Source: an uncultured virus (IMG/VR IMGVR_UViG_3300038315_001276) (lineage: Duplodnaviria; Heunggongvirae; Uroviricota; Caudoviricetes). From it: a stretch of 64,000 bases of DNA. The position numbers and the translations under genes are program-made. Location: IMG/VR virus record IMGVR_UViG_3300038315_001276; one strand, given 5' to 3'. Shown piece by piece: positions 46,678-55,748 of this stretch (position 1 is its first letter; the number at the start of each line of letters is the position of its first letter). The notes under the pieces were generated by a model, which was given only the letters and a program-made list of their open reading frames with translations, was not told the DNA's origin and ran no database searches.

Positions 46678-47987
46678 GCGAGCATTTCAGAGCACCCGCG
46701 ACCCTGCGCCCATTGCGTGACATCGTTGCAGAGTATGAGGCCAAGCGGGGAGAGATCCCCGCAGCGCTTCAGACATTCAAACAGCAAACAACTGACCTTG
46801 AAACAGCGGCAAACATTGGCGGCGCTTATGGCGGCAACCTATGGAGCGGGGGCAGGTACAGCAGCGCGCCAAACGTAGGCGAAGCGGCTATGCAATCAAC
46901 CTTGCTAAAGTCTGCATGGCGGCACGTTATGGCCGGATTGAATATATCGAAGATCGCCACGGCCAAGGACAAAAGCGCGCTAGAGCTCAGCATGGAGAAC
47001 CCGCCAGAATTTACGCTTGATAATATCCGCGCCACCTTCGGGAAATACCTGATTGACCCGCGCACGCACATCTTGCGCGGCGTGGCCGAGGCGTTTTGCG
47101 AACTTGACCCCGCGTTCAAATCGCACAGCAAAATGAAGGTTGGCGTTGCTGGACTGCCCAAGCGTGTGATTATGTCCAACGCGCTGGCAGAATATGGCGG
47201 ATGGAAAGCCGACCAGCTGGCCGACGTGCTGAACGCTGTTTCAAGGCTACATGGCGAACCCCGTTTGGAGTATGCAGAGCTCGACGCCCTATTGAAAGCG
47301 GCGAAGCGTGGCGACGATCCCGAGCTATTCGGGATGACCCTACGCGGCTTTGCAAATGGCAATTGCCACATATTCTTTGACCGCGAAGCACAGGACCACA
47401 TAAACCGTGCGCTGGCCGAGTATTACGGCGACGTATTGCCAGACACGCCCGACGAACCCAAAGCAAAGCAACCAGGCACCGACCTTGCAAAGGATCTGCA
47501 GTTTTACCCGACACCAGCGGCCGCAGCTAAGGAGCTTGTAGACCGGGCGCACCTGGTCGAAGGAATGGCCGTGCTAGAACCCTCTTGCGGAACTGGCAAT
47601 ATCATGGACGCCCTGAGAGACAAGCAGCCACGCTTGAGGGTTACAGGAGTTGAATGCCACGCAGGCCGCGCAGAAGAAGCGAGAGCCAAGGGGCACCATG
47701 TGCAAACGGCGAACTTCCTACAGATCGCGCCTAGCCCTGTTTTTGATTTGGTTCTGATGAACCCGCCATTTTATGGGAAGCACTATCAAAAGCACGTAGA
47801 GCACGCGCGCCGATTCCTGAAACCTGATGGCGCAGTTTACGCAATCCTGCCTATCACAGCGGTAACGGATCACGGCTATATCGAGCCCGGGCGCGGTTGG
47901 GACAAATGGAAGGATCTTCCCGTCGGGACGTTCAGCGAAAGCGGAACCAACATTAACACGGGAATAGCCCGCTTTTTTGCCCCCTGA
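46674..47987 (+). CDS. DUF4942-like domain plus adenine DNA methyltransferase
   Basis: QFYPTP, VLEPSCGTG (motif I), MNPPF (motif IV) and F.ESGT. Confidence 0.85.
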   Translation: MSEHFRAPATLRPLRDIVAEYEAKRGEIPAALQTFKQQTTDLETAANIGGAYGGNLWSGGRYSSAPNVGEAAMQSTLLKSAWRHVMAGLNISKIATAKDKSALELSMENPPEFTLDNIRATFGKYLIDPRTHILRGVAEAFCELDPAFKSHSKMKVGVAGLPKRVIMSNALAEYGGWKADQLADVLNAVSRLHGEPRLEYAELDALLKAAKRGDDPELFGMTLRGFANGNCHIFFDREAQDHINRALAEYYGDVLPDTPDEPKAKQPGTDLAKDLQFYPTPAAAAKELVDRAHLVEGMAVLEPSCGTGNIMDALRDKQPRLRVTGVECHAGRAEEARAKGHHVQTANFLQIAPSPVFDLVLMNPPFYGKHYQKHVEHARRFLKPDGAVYAILPITAVTDHGYIEPGRGWDKWKDLPVGTFSESGTNINTGIARFFAP

Positions 47988-48062
47988 TGTATCGGTGAGG
48001 GCCGACAGAGCGCGGCCCGATCCCATGCACCGGAACGCATGACAGCTTGAAAGGAAAGACAG

Positions 48063-48272
48063 ATGAAACACTTTGCCAACGAAGACGAGGCGCTGGCCTA
48101 TGTGATGCCAGAGCTTATCGACACTTTGCGGGATGACTTGGAGAACATGCAAAACGCGGAGCGTGAGCACTACGAGGAATCCGACATTGAAGAGATGCAA
48201 AACCGCATCGCGGACCTTGAGGCTATCGCGCCACGGGTGCGGCTCGACCCAGCCGAGGACTTGAGCGCATGA
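48063..48272 (+). CDS. Small very acidic protein
   Basis: RBS. 20 Asp/Glu versus 6 Lys/Arg in 69 aa (hand count). Confidence 0.7.
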   Translation: MKHFANEDEALAYVMPELIDTLRDDLENMQNAEREHYEESDIEEMQNRIADLEAIAPRVRLDPAEDLSA

Positions 48273-48601
48273 CCCACCACGCCCAGCATATGATTGCCCT
48301 AAAGTACCTTGAGACGCCGAAGCATCGCGTTTATCGCACCGCCTACCGGATGCACCTTGGCGGGCTGGATAACATGCGCAACGACGCCCAGACCAGCGGC
48401 TGGCACCATTGGAAGATCCACAAGGAATGCGTTGAAACTGGCGCTATCGTTGAAACCTTGGCAACCAAGGGAAAGCCGACAGGGTGGCATTTCGAGACAA
48501 TCACGAAAACCGAGCTCACGCCCGCAGGGGAACAGCATGTCATTCCGGGGTGTGAGCGCAACGCGAGCCCCAAGGCATCGCAGCTTGATCTATTCGGGTA
48601 A
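48269..48601 (+). CDS. Hypothetical protein
   Basis: ATGA coupling. C-terminal QLDLF resembles a beta-clamp motif. Confidence 0.65.
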   Translation: MTHHAQHMIALKYLETPKHRVYRTAYRMHLGGLDNMRNDAQTSGWHHWKIHKECVETGAIVETLATKGKPTGWHFETITKTELTPAGEQHVIPGCERNASPKASQLDLFG

Positions 48602-48695
48602 TAGGTGCCGCGCGCCTACCCCTTGCGGGGCCGAAACAGGCGCGCGGCTTGCCTGAAAGGTCAGACAGTGACCGGATAACACAAAGGAAAAACAC

Positions 48696-48989
48696 ATGAA
48701 ACACCAGACAGCACAGCAGATTGACGAGATGACCGGCCCAGAGGCTCAGGCCTTGGCCGAGCGCTTAGCGGTTCAACTTTGCGGGTCTGATCGCTTTAAG
48801 ACGGATCTGGCAACCCGCTTGGGCTATTCCCGCCCAGCTGTAAACGGTTGGTTTGCAGAGGGAGGACGGCCGCCGGCCATTGTGATCATGTATATGCTTG
48901 CGGAGATGCAGCGAGCCGATGCCGTGGCCTTGCTGGAAACCCTGAACGGCGCGCTGGACGATCTCAGGCTATACCGCGCGGGAGCCTAA
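48696..48989 (+). CDS. HTH protein
   Basis: LATRLGYSRPAVNGW and RBS. Confidence 0.7.
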   Translation: MKHQTAQQIDEMTGPEAQALAERLAVQLCGSDRFKTDLATRLGYSRPAVNGWFAEGGRPPAIVIMYMLAEMQRADAVALLETLNGALDDLRLYRAGA

Positions 48990-49010
48990 CCCCATTCCAA
49001 CTTTACGACC

Positions 49011-49520
49011 TCACGCGCCGCGGCTGGCTCTCTCGCCGCGGCGTCTGTTTTCCAGCGTCATGCGCTTGGACCTTGCGGCTGTCTTATCCCGCGTTTCAAC
49101 AATTGTGCGCAGTGCCAAAGCCGTCATAGGAACAGGCCGTAGGACGAGCTCGAAGCCCAGCGCCCCCGCCCAATCCAGCAGCGTTTGCACGTTGGGGATC
49201 TTCTTGGTGCCGTCGCGCTCGACCTTAGCCAATAGATCAGGCTCAAGACCTGCTACCTCTTCCAGCTCGCGGATGGTCAACAGCAGGCTTTCCCGGCGTT
49301 GGCGCAGCATCTGGCGGATGGTGTCATACGTTGGAACTTGGTGATCGATCGGATCACGCCGCGCGCCAGGATCAACAGCAGGAACCACCCCGCCCTGTTT
49401 CAACTCCGCATAGAGATTGCATCCCGCGCTTGGGCACTTGGCGATGACGCTATCTTTTGTCACCGCCTGGATTGACCAGCCCGCGGCCTGAACGTCCTTC
49501 ACAAACTTGGTGTCCATCAC
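49011..49520 (-). CDS. XRE-HTH regulator, candidate late activator
   Basis: LRQRRE.L.LT..ELEE.AGL...LAKVER. Last gene of the replication operon. Confidence 0.75.
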   Translation of the reverse strand: MMDTKFVKDVQAAGWSIQAVTKDSVIAKCPSAGCNLYAELKQGGVVPAVDPGARRDPIDHQVPTYDTIRQMLRQRRESLLLTIRELEEVAGLEPDLLAKVERDGTKKIPNVQTLLDWAGALGFELVLRPVPMTALALRTIVETRDKTAARSKRMTLENRRRGERASRGA

Positions 49521-49726
49521 TTCAATCCTTCAACCCGTATCCGGTAATTCACTAAATTCTGGCAATGCGTTCGAAACACCGCGCATTCCGGCCTTTGTTC
49601 CAGAGCCACAAGCGCGGCCCGTTCGTCTTCGACAATCTGCGTCAGCTCAGCGCGATCCGCCGCGCCTCGGATCCTGCCCTTGATCCGCTCGGCCTCAGAG
49701 ATGTCAGCCTCTTTCATCCTGTGCAT
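49517..49726 (-). CDS. Hypothetical protein
   Basis: Coupled ORF. Confidence 0.55.
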   Translation of the reverse strand: MHRMKEADISEAERIKGRIRGAADRAELTQIVEDERAALVALEQRPECAVFRTHCQNLVNYRIRVEGLK

Positions 49727-50652
49727 TCTCCGTCATCGACTTGACAAAGAACGCCCTCAGTCGATAACGCCCAATCGCCTTGACGGTCCATGAAGTCGGC
49801 CATTTCCGCACGTGTGTATCGCTTAGAAAATGCGGCAGCGGTGCCGCTGGTAAGCTCACTTGCAAGAGCCTCGCACTGCTCCCACCAAATGCCACGTTCT
49901 GGAAATTCACGGTGCAGCGCAGCTATATTGGCCTCAGCCTTGAGAAAGCAACCGTCGCAGTTTCCCAGCCAGCATTTGCCTTTGACATTCGGCAGGCGTA
50001 GATCAAAAGACTGCGCGCGCCAAAATGCAGCAACGTCTCGTTTAGATATCCCTGCTTTGACCATCGGCTGCCAGACCGTCCAGCGATCCTTGAACCGCAC
50101 ACCTTCCGGCTTGATGCGTCCTGGTTCATCAGCTCGAATACCGACGCAGTTTGTCCAGTAATCCCAGCCAAGACCGCGCAGATACCGCTTTGCTGTCCGA
50201 ACCTTCAATTCGGTTGAACAGAACCGGGCCTGTTGGTTTGGTAGAAACTTCCGCATCAGGATCAGCGCGACAAACGGTTCACCGAGCTGAGCTGCCGAAT
50301 TGTGGGAGACCACGCGGTATCCAGTTTCCGAAACACACCACCATTCCCTGAGCCGTTCAGCGTAAGATTCGCCAAAGTGCTTGGTGATCATATCAAACTC
50401 GGCACGGGACAGTGGTCTCCTTGGTGCGTATTCCATCCACGTGACGCGGACGCCCCAGCGGGATCCGCACTGCTGCACGAAATCCAACGTCTCGGGCATT
50501 TCACGCCCAGTGTTCTGGAATGTGACCTCGACGTCATCGCGCAGGCTACCGTTGGCGTCGAGGATCTGGTGCAGCATGTATGCACTGGACCGGCCACCGC
50601 TAAACGCGATCTGGATATTCCCTTCGGGCAGGATATACGGGGAGCGGGTCAA
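49714..50652 (-). CDS. PAPS-reductase-family (PP-loop) phage protein
   Basis: FSGGRSS, NTGRE, RFCS.ELK, GIRADE and GNCDGCFLK. Confidence 0.85.
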   Translation of the reverse strand: MTRSPYILPEGNIQIAFSGGRSSAYMLHQILDANGSLRDDVEVTFQNTGREMPETLDFVQQCGSRWGVRVTWMEYAPRRPLSRAEFDMITKHFGESYAERLREWWCVSETGYRVVSHNSAAQLGEPFVALILMRKFLPNQQARFCSTELKVRTAKRYLRGLGWDYWTNCVGIRADEPGRIKPEGVRFKDRWTVWQPMVKAGISKRDVAAFWRAQSFDLRLPNVKGKCWLGNCDGCFLKAEANIAALHREFPERGIWWEQCEALASELTSGTAAAFSKRYTRAEMADFMDRQGDWALSTEGVLCQVDDGECTG

Positions 50653-52040
50653 AATTCCATGTCCTGCGTTGTGGCAAGGTTCCAGAACCTGTTGGTGCCC
50701 ATGTCACAGCCGACAGTGACAGTCCCAACCTCGCCCATACGAGCCTTGCCGATGATGATCTCCATCTTGCCCTTGCTGGCCTCAAGATCCGCGATGAAGT
50801 CGGCGAGCTCTTCGGTTTTCGTCGGGCGCGTCTTGCGCTGCAGAAAGTATTCCTCGCGGAAACAGAACACGACGTTATCCGGCGCGTTTTCCAAATCACC
50901 GGACCCGCGCAGGTGTGACAGCTTGGGGCGTGCGTCTTCGCTTTCCAGCATCTTGCGATCGATCTGGGCCAGCGCCAGGACGTGGACGTCGAGATCCTTG
51001 GCAACCTGCTTGAGATCGTTTGCCACGGCAGACAGCACCTCGAAGTTGTTGCCCTTGCCCTTGATCAGCTGGATGTAATCGATGACCAGCAGGCCCAGCC
51101 CTTTAAAATTGCCGTTGGGCTGCCATTTGTGCTTGAGCTTCTTGGCCTCCGACAGGATCGACGGCATGTCATCGACACGGGCCGAGAATATCTCGACGGG
51201 AAGAAACTCTTGCCCCTTCGCCGCCTGCGTCACCTTCTGCAACGTGTTCTGGCTCATGGGCCGGTCAAACGCCTTGTAGGGTATCTGGCTATCGATGCTG
51301 TTCATGCGGGCGGCGAGGTCGCGCTCTGGCATCTCACGCGAGACAAACCCCACGCCGAACCCTTCGCGCGCAGCTGCCCGTGTGATCCACAGGGCCAAGG
51401 CCGTCTTACCCATCGAGGTACTGCCCCCGAGGATCGTGTACCGGCCCCGTGCCAAGCGTAGCGCCTCGTCAAGCTCTGACAGCCCCGTAGGGATCGCCGT
51501 GATCTTGCCGCTCTGGATGTCTACCGCGTCCTGAATGGCCTGCGTGTGTGCCTTGATCAGCGACATCGAGCGAGGTTCACCCTCGGGCTCTTGGCGGTGC
51601 AGGAATAGTTCGAGGTCAGCAACCGAAACGCTTGCGCTTTCATCAGCGTTGATTCGAGCGCGCACCCCGTCACAGATTTCCAGCAATTCCCGCCGGCGCT
51701 TCATCTCGGCCACGCTCTGCGCGTAGTCAGCGATCGCGAAGGATGCCGTCGCATGCCCTGCCAGCTTTGCCAGATACCCGACACCGCCCAGCTGCGCGAG
51801 ACCTTCATCGCTCGCCATGTCTTCCTTGAGCGTCACCATCGACGCCAGCTTATCCGCGTTGATCCGCCCGATCAGGTTGGCGAAGATCCTTTGATGCACA
51901 GGGTCATAGAATTGCTCTGCCTTGAGCTTGCCCGTGATCTTATAGGCCAGCGAATTATCGTTGAGCAGCGCCCCCAGCACCTGCTGTTCCGCCTCGATGT
52001 TGTTGGGCAGTTCTTGGTTTACGGAGGTCATGGCGTTCAT
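50649..52040 (-). CDS. dnaB: Replicative DNA helicase, DnaB-like
   Basis: EAEQQVLG, MGKT, IDYIQL and LRGSGDLE. Confidence 0.93.
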   Translation of the reverse strand: MNAMTSVNQELPNNIEAEQQVLGALLNDNSLAYKITGKLKAEQFYDPVHQRIFANLIGRINADKLASMVTLKEDMASDEGLAQLGGVGYLAKLAGHATASFAIADYAQSVAEMKRRRELLEICDGVRARINADESASVSVADLELFLHRQEPEGEPRSMSLIKAHTQAIQDAVDIQSGKITAIPTGLSELDEALRLARGRYTILGGSTSMGKTALALWITRAAAREGFGVGFVSREMPERDLAARMNSIDSQIPYKAFDRPMSQNTLQKVTQAAKGQEFLPVEIFSARVDDMPSILSEAKKLKHKWQPNGNFKGLGLLVIDYIQLIKGKGNNFEVLSAVANDLKQVAKDLDVHVLALAQIDRKMLESEDARPKLSHLRGSGDLENAPDNVVFCFREEYFLQRKTRPTKTEELADFIADLEASKGKMEIIIGKARMGEVGTVTVGCDMGTNRFWNLATTQDMEF

Positions 52041-52393
52041 TTCAGGCCCAGCGCTTTCAGATCGTTGTTGATCGTGTGCTCGGAGCACCCCAGCTGGCAG
52101 GCGATTTCGGTCGGTTTGATCCCATTGGCGAACAAAGGGCCCACCTTGGCGCGGCGCTGCGTCAGGTTGGCAATGCGTTGGTGCACCTTGTCAGTTTTCA
52201 TGTTCCGGCCCGAATAATTGAACCGCTTCACGCTGCGCAGCTTGCTTTCACCCTTCCAGCTTTCATCCTTGCTCAATTCCGATTCCGGCTTCGGCGTGTA
52301 GAGCGCACGGTTCACCGGCCGCAGCTTCATCGCCTCCGCTCGTACTTCCATGATCCGGTCTACTACCGCGCTCAGTTGGGGATCAGTTTGCAT
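52037..52393 (-). CDS. Hypothetical protein with C-terminal HTH
   Basis: EIACQLGCSEHTINND. Confidence 0.7.
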   Translation of the reverse strand: MQTDPQLSAVVDRIMEVRAEAMKLRPVNRALYTPKPESELSKDESWKGESKLRSVKRFNYSGRNMKTDKVHQRIANLTQRRAKVGPLFANGIKPTEIACQLGCSEHTINNDLKALGLK

Positions 52394-52414
52394 GTTTCAT
52401 TCCTTCCGTTGGGG

Positions 52415-53263
52415 TTACTTCTTCGCCACCTGCGCCAAAAAGGCTTTGGCGGTCGCGTTTGGCTGGCCGTCTTCCAGCATCGAGGGGGGGCACTGGCCGC
52501 GTTGCAGCATCCGCCGCGCGCTATCCGTCAGCGTCGACCAATCCAGGACACCGCCAGCGTCACCAGCGTCCATGAAGGCTTCCCACCCTGGCGCATTCAG
52601 CCAAGGCAGCGGCCCTTTGAGAAATTGGAGGTCAGTGACCGAGGCGATGTAGCGGCGCGCGGCGTTGTTCAGCGCGGCAGGCGAGATCGCGTCAGCCTTT
52701 TTGTGTTCGCCCTTGCAGGCTTTGAAATACACTTTGCAGCAGTCTGACTTCTGAGTTTTCCGATTGTGCTTAGGCCAGATAGTTTCCCAGAACTCTTTGA
52801 ACCCTTCACCGATCAGATCGTTCGTTCTATCTGGTGGTGTCTGTTCGCTAAGATCAGGGAAAAGGTCATCCCCCCTTTGGGGGCTAGGGGGTTGTTCATT
52901 TCCAAGGTTATTTATTACAGGGTTATGGGGGTCGCATTTTGCAACAGGGGGCTGTTGCGTTTTGCAACAGGGGCTGTTGCGTTTTGCAACAGGGGTCAGG
53001 TGCAGTTTATAGGCCGTGCTGGTCTGGCTTCCGTTCTCCCGCAAACGCTGGTGACGCGAGATAAGCCCCATACCCTCAAGTGCTTCTAAATGCCGGATAA
53101 TCGTGCTCCGGTTCATCTCACATTCTTGCTCAAGCGTTTTCAGGCTTGGAAAGCAAAGCTCTGTCTCGCTGTTGTGATGATCTGCCAGCCAATACAGCAC
53201 GATCTTAGTCGCGGGCTTCATGCCTGTCTGTGTCATGGCAAGCGCGGTCATATAGTGGCTCAT
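52415..53263 (-). CDS. Replication initiator (N-terminal winged HTH)
   Basis: KIVL..LAD...CFPS..TL...R.TI.RHL..LE, internal iterons, upstream of dnaB. Confidence 0.85.
   Translation of the reverse strand: MSHYMTALAMTQTGMKPATKIVLYWLADHHNSETELCFPSLKTLEQECEMNRSTIIRHLEALEGMGLISRHQRLRENGSQTSTAYKLHLTPVAKRNSPCCKTQQPPVAKCDPHNPVINNLGNEQPPSPQRGDDLFPDLSEQTPPDRTNDLIGEGFKEFWETIWPKHNRKTQKSDCCKVYFKACKGEHKKADAISPAALNNAARRYIASVTDLQFLKGPLPWLNAPGWEAFMDAGDAGGVLDWSTLTDSARRMLQRGQCPPSMLEDGQPNATAKAFLAQVAKK
52900..52995. repeat. Iterons / replication origin
   Basis: TTTTGCAACAGGGG at 52937, 52960 and 52982, with an adjacent AT-rich tract. Confidence 0.75.
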
Positions 53264-53784
53264 TTGAAGAGGCCTCCTACAGGTTTTGCTTGGAAATTCG
53301 GGACGTGAGTGGCGCATGCCCAATCCCACGTCGCAGCTGCGTCAGCCGCATCGAGGTCGGGAATTTCCCACCCCATCAGCTCGGCCCGCTGCTTGACCAA
53401 TTTCTTGATCTCGATCTTGGCCTTGGCTTGTTTCATGCCGGGGAAGTCGCGCGAGGTGTACGCCTTCCCCAAGAAGTGCTTGCGCACCGTGGCGGGGAAA
53501 ACCAGCTCGCAGGACACCGCTCTGTTGAACGCACAGCCCCGCACGCACGCCACCAGCCCAATCAGGTAGGCCGAGGCGTTCTTGCCCCCGATAAACGCCT
53601 CACAGATGATTAAATCGGGCTCATGCGTGACGATCAGGCCGTGGGTCAGCTTGAGGATTTCAGAAAACCGATAGTCTTCCGTCAGCCCCTCGCCCAGATC
53701 CACGGACCAGCACTGCGGATCACGACCGGCTGAGCCGACCGCAATCCCTGTGTGCGTTGCAATATCGAGGGCAAGGATCTTCAT
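53260..53784 (-). CDS. RuvC-like Holliday junction resolvase
   Basis: ILALD.AT.TG, ICE and DAADA. Confidence 0.8.
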   Translation of the reverse strand: MKILALDIATHTGIAVGSAGRDPQCWSVDLGEGLTEDYRFSEILKLTHGLIVTHEPDLIICEAFIGGKNASAYLIGLVACVRGCAFNRAVSCELVFPATVRKHFLGKAYTSRDFPGMKQAKAKIEIKKLVKQRAELMGWEIPDLDAADAAATWDWACATHVPNFQAKPVGGLFK

Positions 53785-54080
53785 AGGACGGCAGCCGCCC
53801 CGCCTGGAAGGTTTTGCTTCATCGCATTCAGCTTCTCTGCGCTGCGAACCTTCTTGGCGTGCCCCCGCTCCAATGCCCGCCGCTGCTGGCGTGTGAAGAC
53901 AGGAAGGTCAGGGATGGACTGGTTGGCTTTGAGCTTCGCCTTGAGGCGCTTTGCCGCCCGATCTGCACCCTGCCCGCCCTTGGGCTTGGGACCAGACCGT
54001 GGCGCAGGGGCATACCCGATACTGCCAATGCTACCCGCGAGCAGGGTCAGCGCCGATGACAACAAACCGATGCGCTTCAC
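53781..54080 (-). CDS. Basic hypothetical protein
   Basis: Coupled ORF with TRQQRRA motif. Confidence 0.6.
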   Translation of the reverse strand: MKRIGLLSSALTLLAGSIGSIGYAPAPRSGPKPKGGQGADRAAKRLKAKLKANQSIPDLPVFTRQQRRALERGHAKKVRSAEKLNAMKQNLPGGAAAVL

Positions 54081-54589
54081 GATTTCACCCCACCGAAGTT
54101 GATAGGTGTCACCGTCGCGCTGGCCTGCTTGTCGAAGTCTTCGGCATCGGCGGCCAATTCAGGATCACCCTTGGCAGGCGCGTCCGCTTTGGCTTTGGGC
54201 TTTTCAGTCTTGGGCTTTGTCGCGGTTTTCGCTGGTGCCTGCTTTGGCTCGGGCTCACCAAGCGACATCTCAACCGTGCCCTGCCCGCCGACATGCGATT
54301 CCAGCATGGGAATGATTGTCTTGAGCGACCGGATCACATCCATCGCCTTCGCCTGACCGTCTTTCTTCGGCAGCTTCTTGAGGATCGTCTTACCCCACGA
54401 AAACGCCTGAGTGTTCAGACCCGTCTTATCGATGAAAGCATTGACCTTGGCCGCGCTCTCGCTGGCATCGGACCCGCGCGCATGTTCCTCGCGCATCCGT
54501 GCTTCCATTTGATCGATCAGTTCATCATGCTCGACCTGCGGCCCGTCGAATGCTTCGCGCACCGCTTGCCCTTCTGACTTTTTCGCCAT
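54077..54589 (-). CDS. Hypothetical protein
   Basis: AAGGAG RBS. Confidence 0.7.
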   Translation of the reverse strand: MAKKSEGQAVREAFDGPQVEHDELIDQMEARMREEHARGSDASESAAKVNAFIDKTGLNTQAFSWGKTILKKLPKKDGQAKAMDVIRSLKTIIPMLESHVGGQGTVEMSLGEPEPKQAPAKTATKPKTEKPKAKADAPAKGDPELAADAEDFDKQASATVTPINFGGVKS

Positions 54590-54726
54590 TTGGCTACTCC
54601 TTAGAAAACGCCGGATACGCCCCGGCTTGCGATCTGATGCCCTCGATCGGCAGCTCGGCACTGACGCCAGAGTTGCAATTCAGCCCCAGACAGATTGAAT
54701 GGGCAGAACACATCGGAGGGATGGAT

Positions 54727-54942
54727 ATGATTAGAGCTGTGATTTTGACCGGAAGCCTCGCCTTGGCCGCTTGCGAACCTGCTAAGACCCCGGAGGGATG
54801 CCCCATCATGATTAGCGATATGGGGCGCACTCTTATGGAGAGCTGCATTTCCAGCTATCACGCTGAGAAGGCACGCCTTGAGGGCAGGACAGTCACGACC
54901 TGCCGAACGGTGGGCGGCACGACCACTTGCGTTGACGGCTGA
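54727..54942 (+). CDS. Small lipoprotein moron
   Basis: Lipobox LAAC, four further Cys, opposite strand. Confidence 0.7.
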   Translation: MIRAVILTGSLALAACEPAKTPEGCPIMISDMGRTLMESCISSYHAEKARLEGRTVTTCRTVGGTTTCVDG

Positions 54943-54947
54943 TACAT

Positions 54948-55382
54948 TCATTGATCACCGTCAGAGATTTTCTTGAAACGGAAAGCCTCTAGCGGGATGT
55001 CCAGACCGTCAGCATTCTCGACAATCATGCGATACCACTTGCTGCCAAAAGTGCCCTGAACCTTTGCAAAGCGAAGGCAGCTCTTAGTCATGCCGAGGTG
55101 ATCTAGAAAAAAGCTATCGCCCAGGTGCGCGGCGATCCGCTTCGCGTGGTTATCGACCTTGTGCACGCGGTTGTGGATCGGGCGTTCGTTCTGGATTGCA
55201 GTGCGCTCTGCTTGCTCTGCATCAGATCGCCTATCGAACCAAATGGTTGAAACATCATTGATCTGATCCCGCCAGTCAGACGCTTTCAGATGCTGGCGCA
55301 GGCGAGCTGCTGGTGCGGTCGTAATTCCGACGTAGAGAAGCGCGCCGCTCTTATCGAAATGACGGTACAAAGCGCAGGTCAT
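54948..55382 (-). CDS. GIY-YIG nuclease fused to a Cro-like domain
   Basis: ALYR...LYVGIT...RL.QH...E...I...P.HN. Confidence 0.8.
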   Translation of the reverse strand: MTCALYRHFDKSGALLYVGITTAPAARLRQHLKASDWRDQINDVSTIWFDRRSDAEQAERTAIQNERPIHNRVHKVDNHAKRIAAHLGDSFFLDHLGMTKSCLRFAKVQGTFGSKWYRMIVENADGLDIPLEAFRFKKISDGDQ

Positions 55383-55663
55383 TGCTGCGCCTCGTTATTT
55401 TTATTTTTATCGACTTCTTGAAAGCACACGCCAGAGTTAGCATTTTGCTTATTACGGGACTTAGGCTCCCAACGAAACAGATGCTCAGGAACGTCGATTT
55501 GATTTGCTACACACCAATCTCTCACCTTGAGGAACCAATGCGCAGGCATGAGTTCGTCATTGAGAGCTCGGGTAACGAGCTGGGTCGACACATCTATCGC
55601 GTCTTGAAACCGCTTACGCCCGACTTGGTTCAGGAATTCTGAGAATGTGATGGGTTTTTTCAT
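55379..55663 (-). CDS. Cro-like regulator
   Basis: Divergent from the repressor. Leaderless TAGTAT-N7-ATG. Confidence 0.7.
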   Translation of the reverse strand: MKKPITFSEFLNQVGRKRFQDAIDVSTQLVTRALNDELMPAHWFLKVRDWCVANQIDVPEHLFRWEPKSRNKQNANSGVCFQEVDKNKNNEAQQ

Positions 55664-55671
55664 GAAAGGAA

Positions 55672-55712
55672 TACTACGCAAGTTGCGTAGTAAGTAAATA
55701 CGCAAAATGTTC
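55672..55712. promoter_or_regulatory. Repressor operators (cro/cI side)
   Basis: Palindrome TACTACGCAA-G-TTGCGTAGTA plus TACGCAAAATGTT. Confidence 0.8.
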
Positions 55713-55748
55713 AGTGCAGAAATTCAGCAATTCTCTATACTCGCGCCC

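Noticed and set aside
46674..47987. Complete restriction-modification system
   Set aside because: No adjacent endonuclease motif. Treated as an orphan methyltransferase.
47984..48660. Hammerhead ribozyme
   Set aside because: CGAAAC and stems are present but no correctly placed CUGANGA core.
49714..50652. Dnd phosphorothioation or sulfate assimilation operon
   Set aside because: No dndA/B/D/E or cys partner genes.
54077..54589. GapR homologue
   Set aside because: Position and helical character fit, but the GapR signature is not recognisable by eye.
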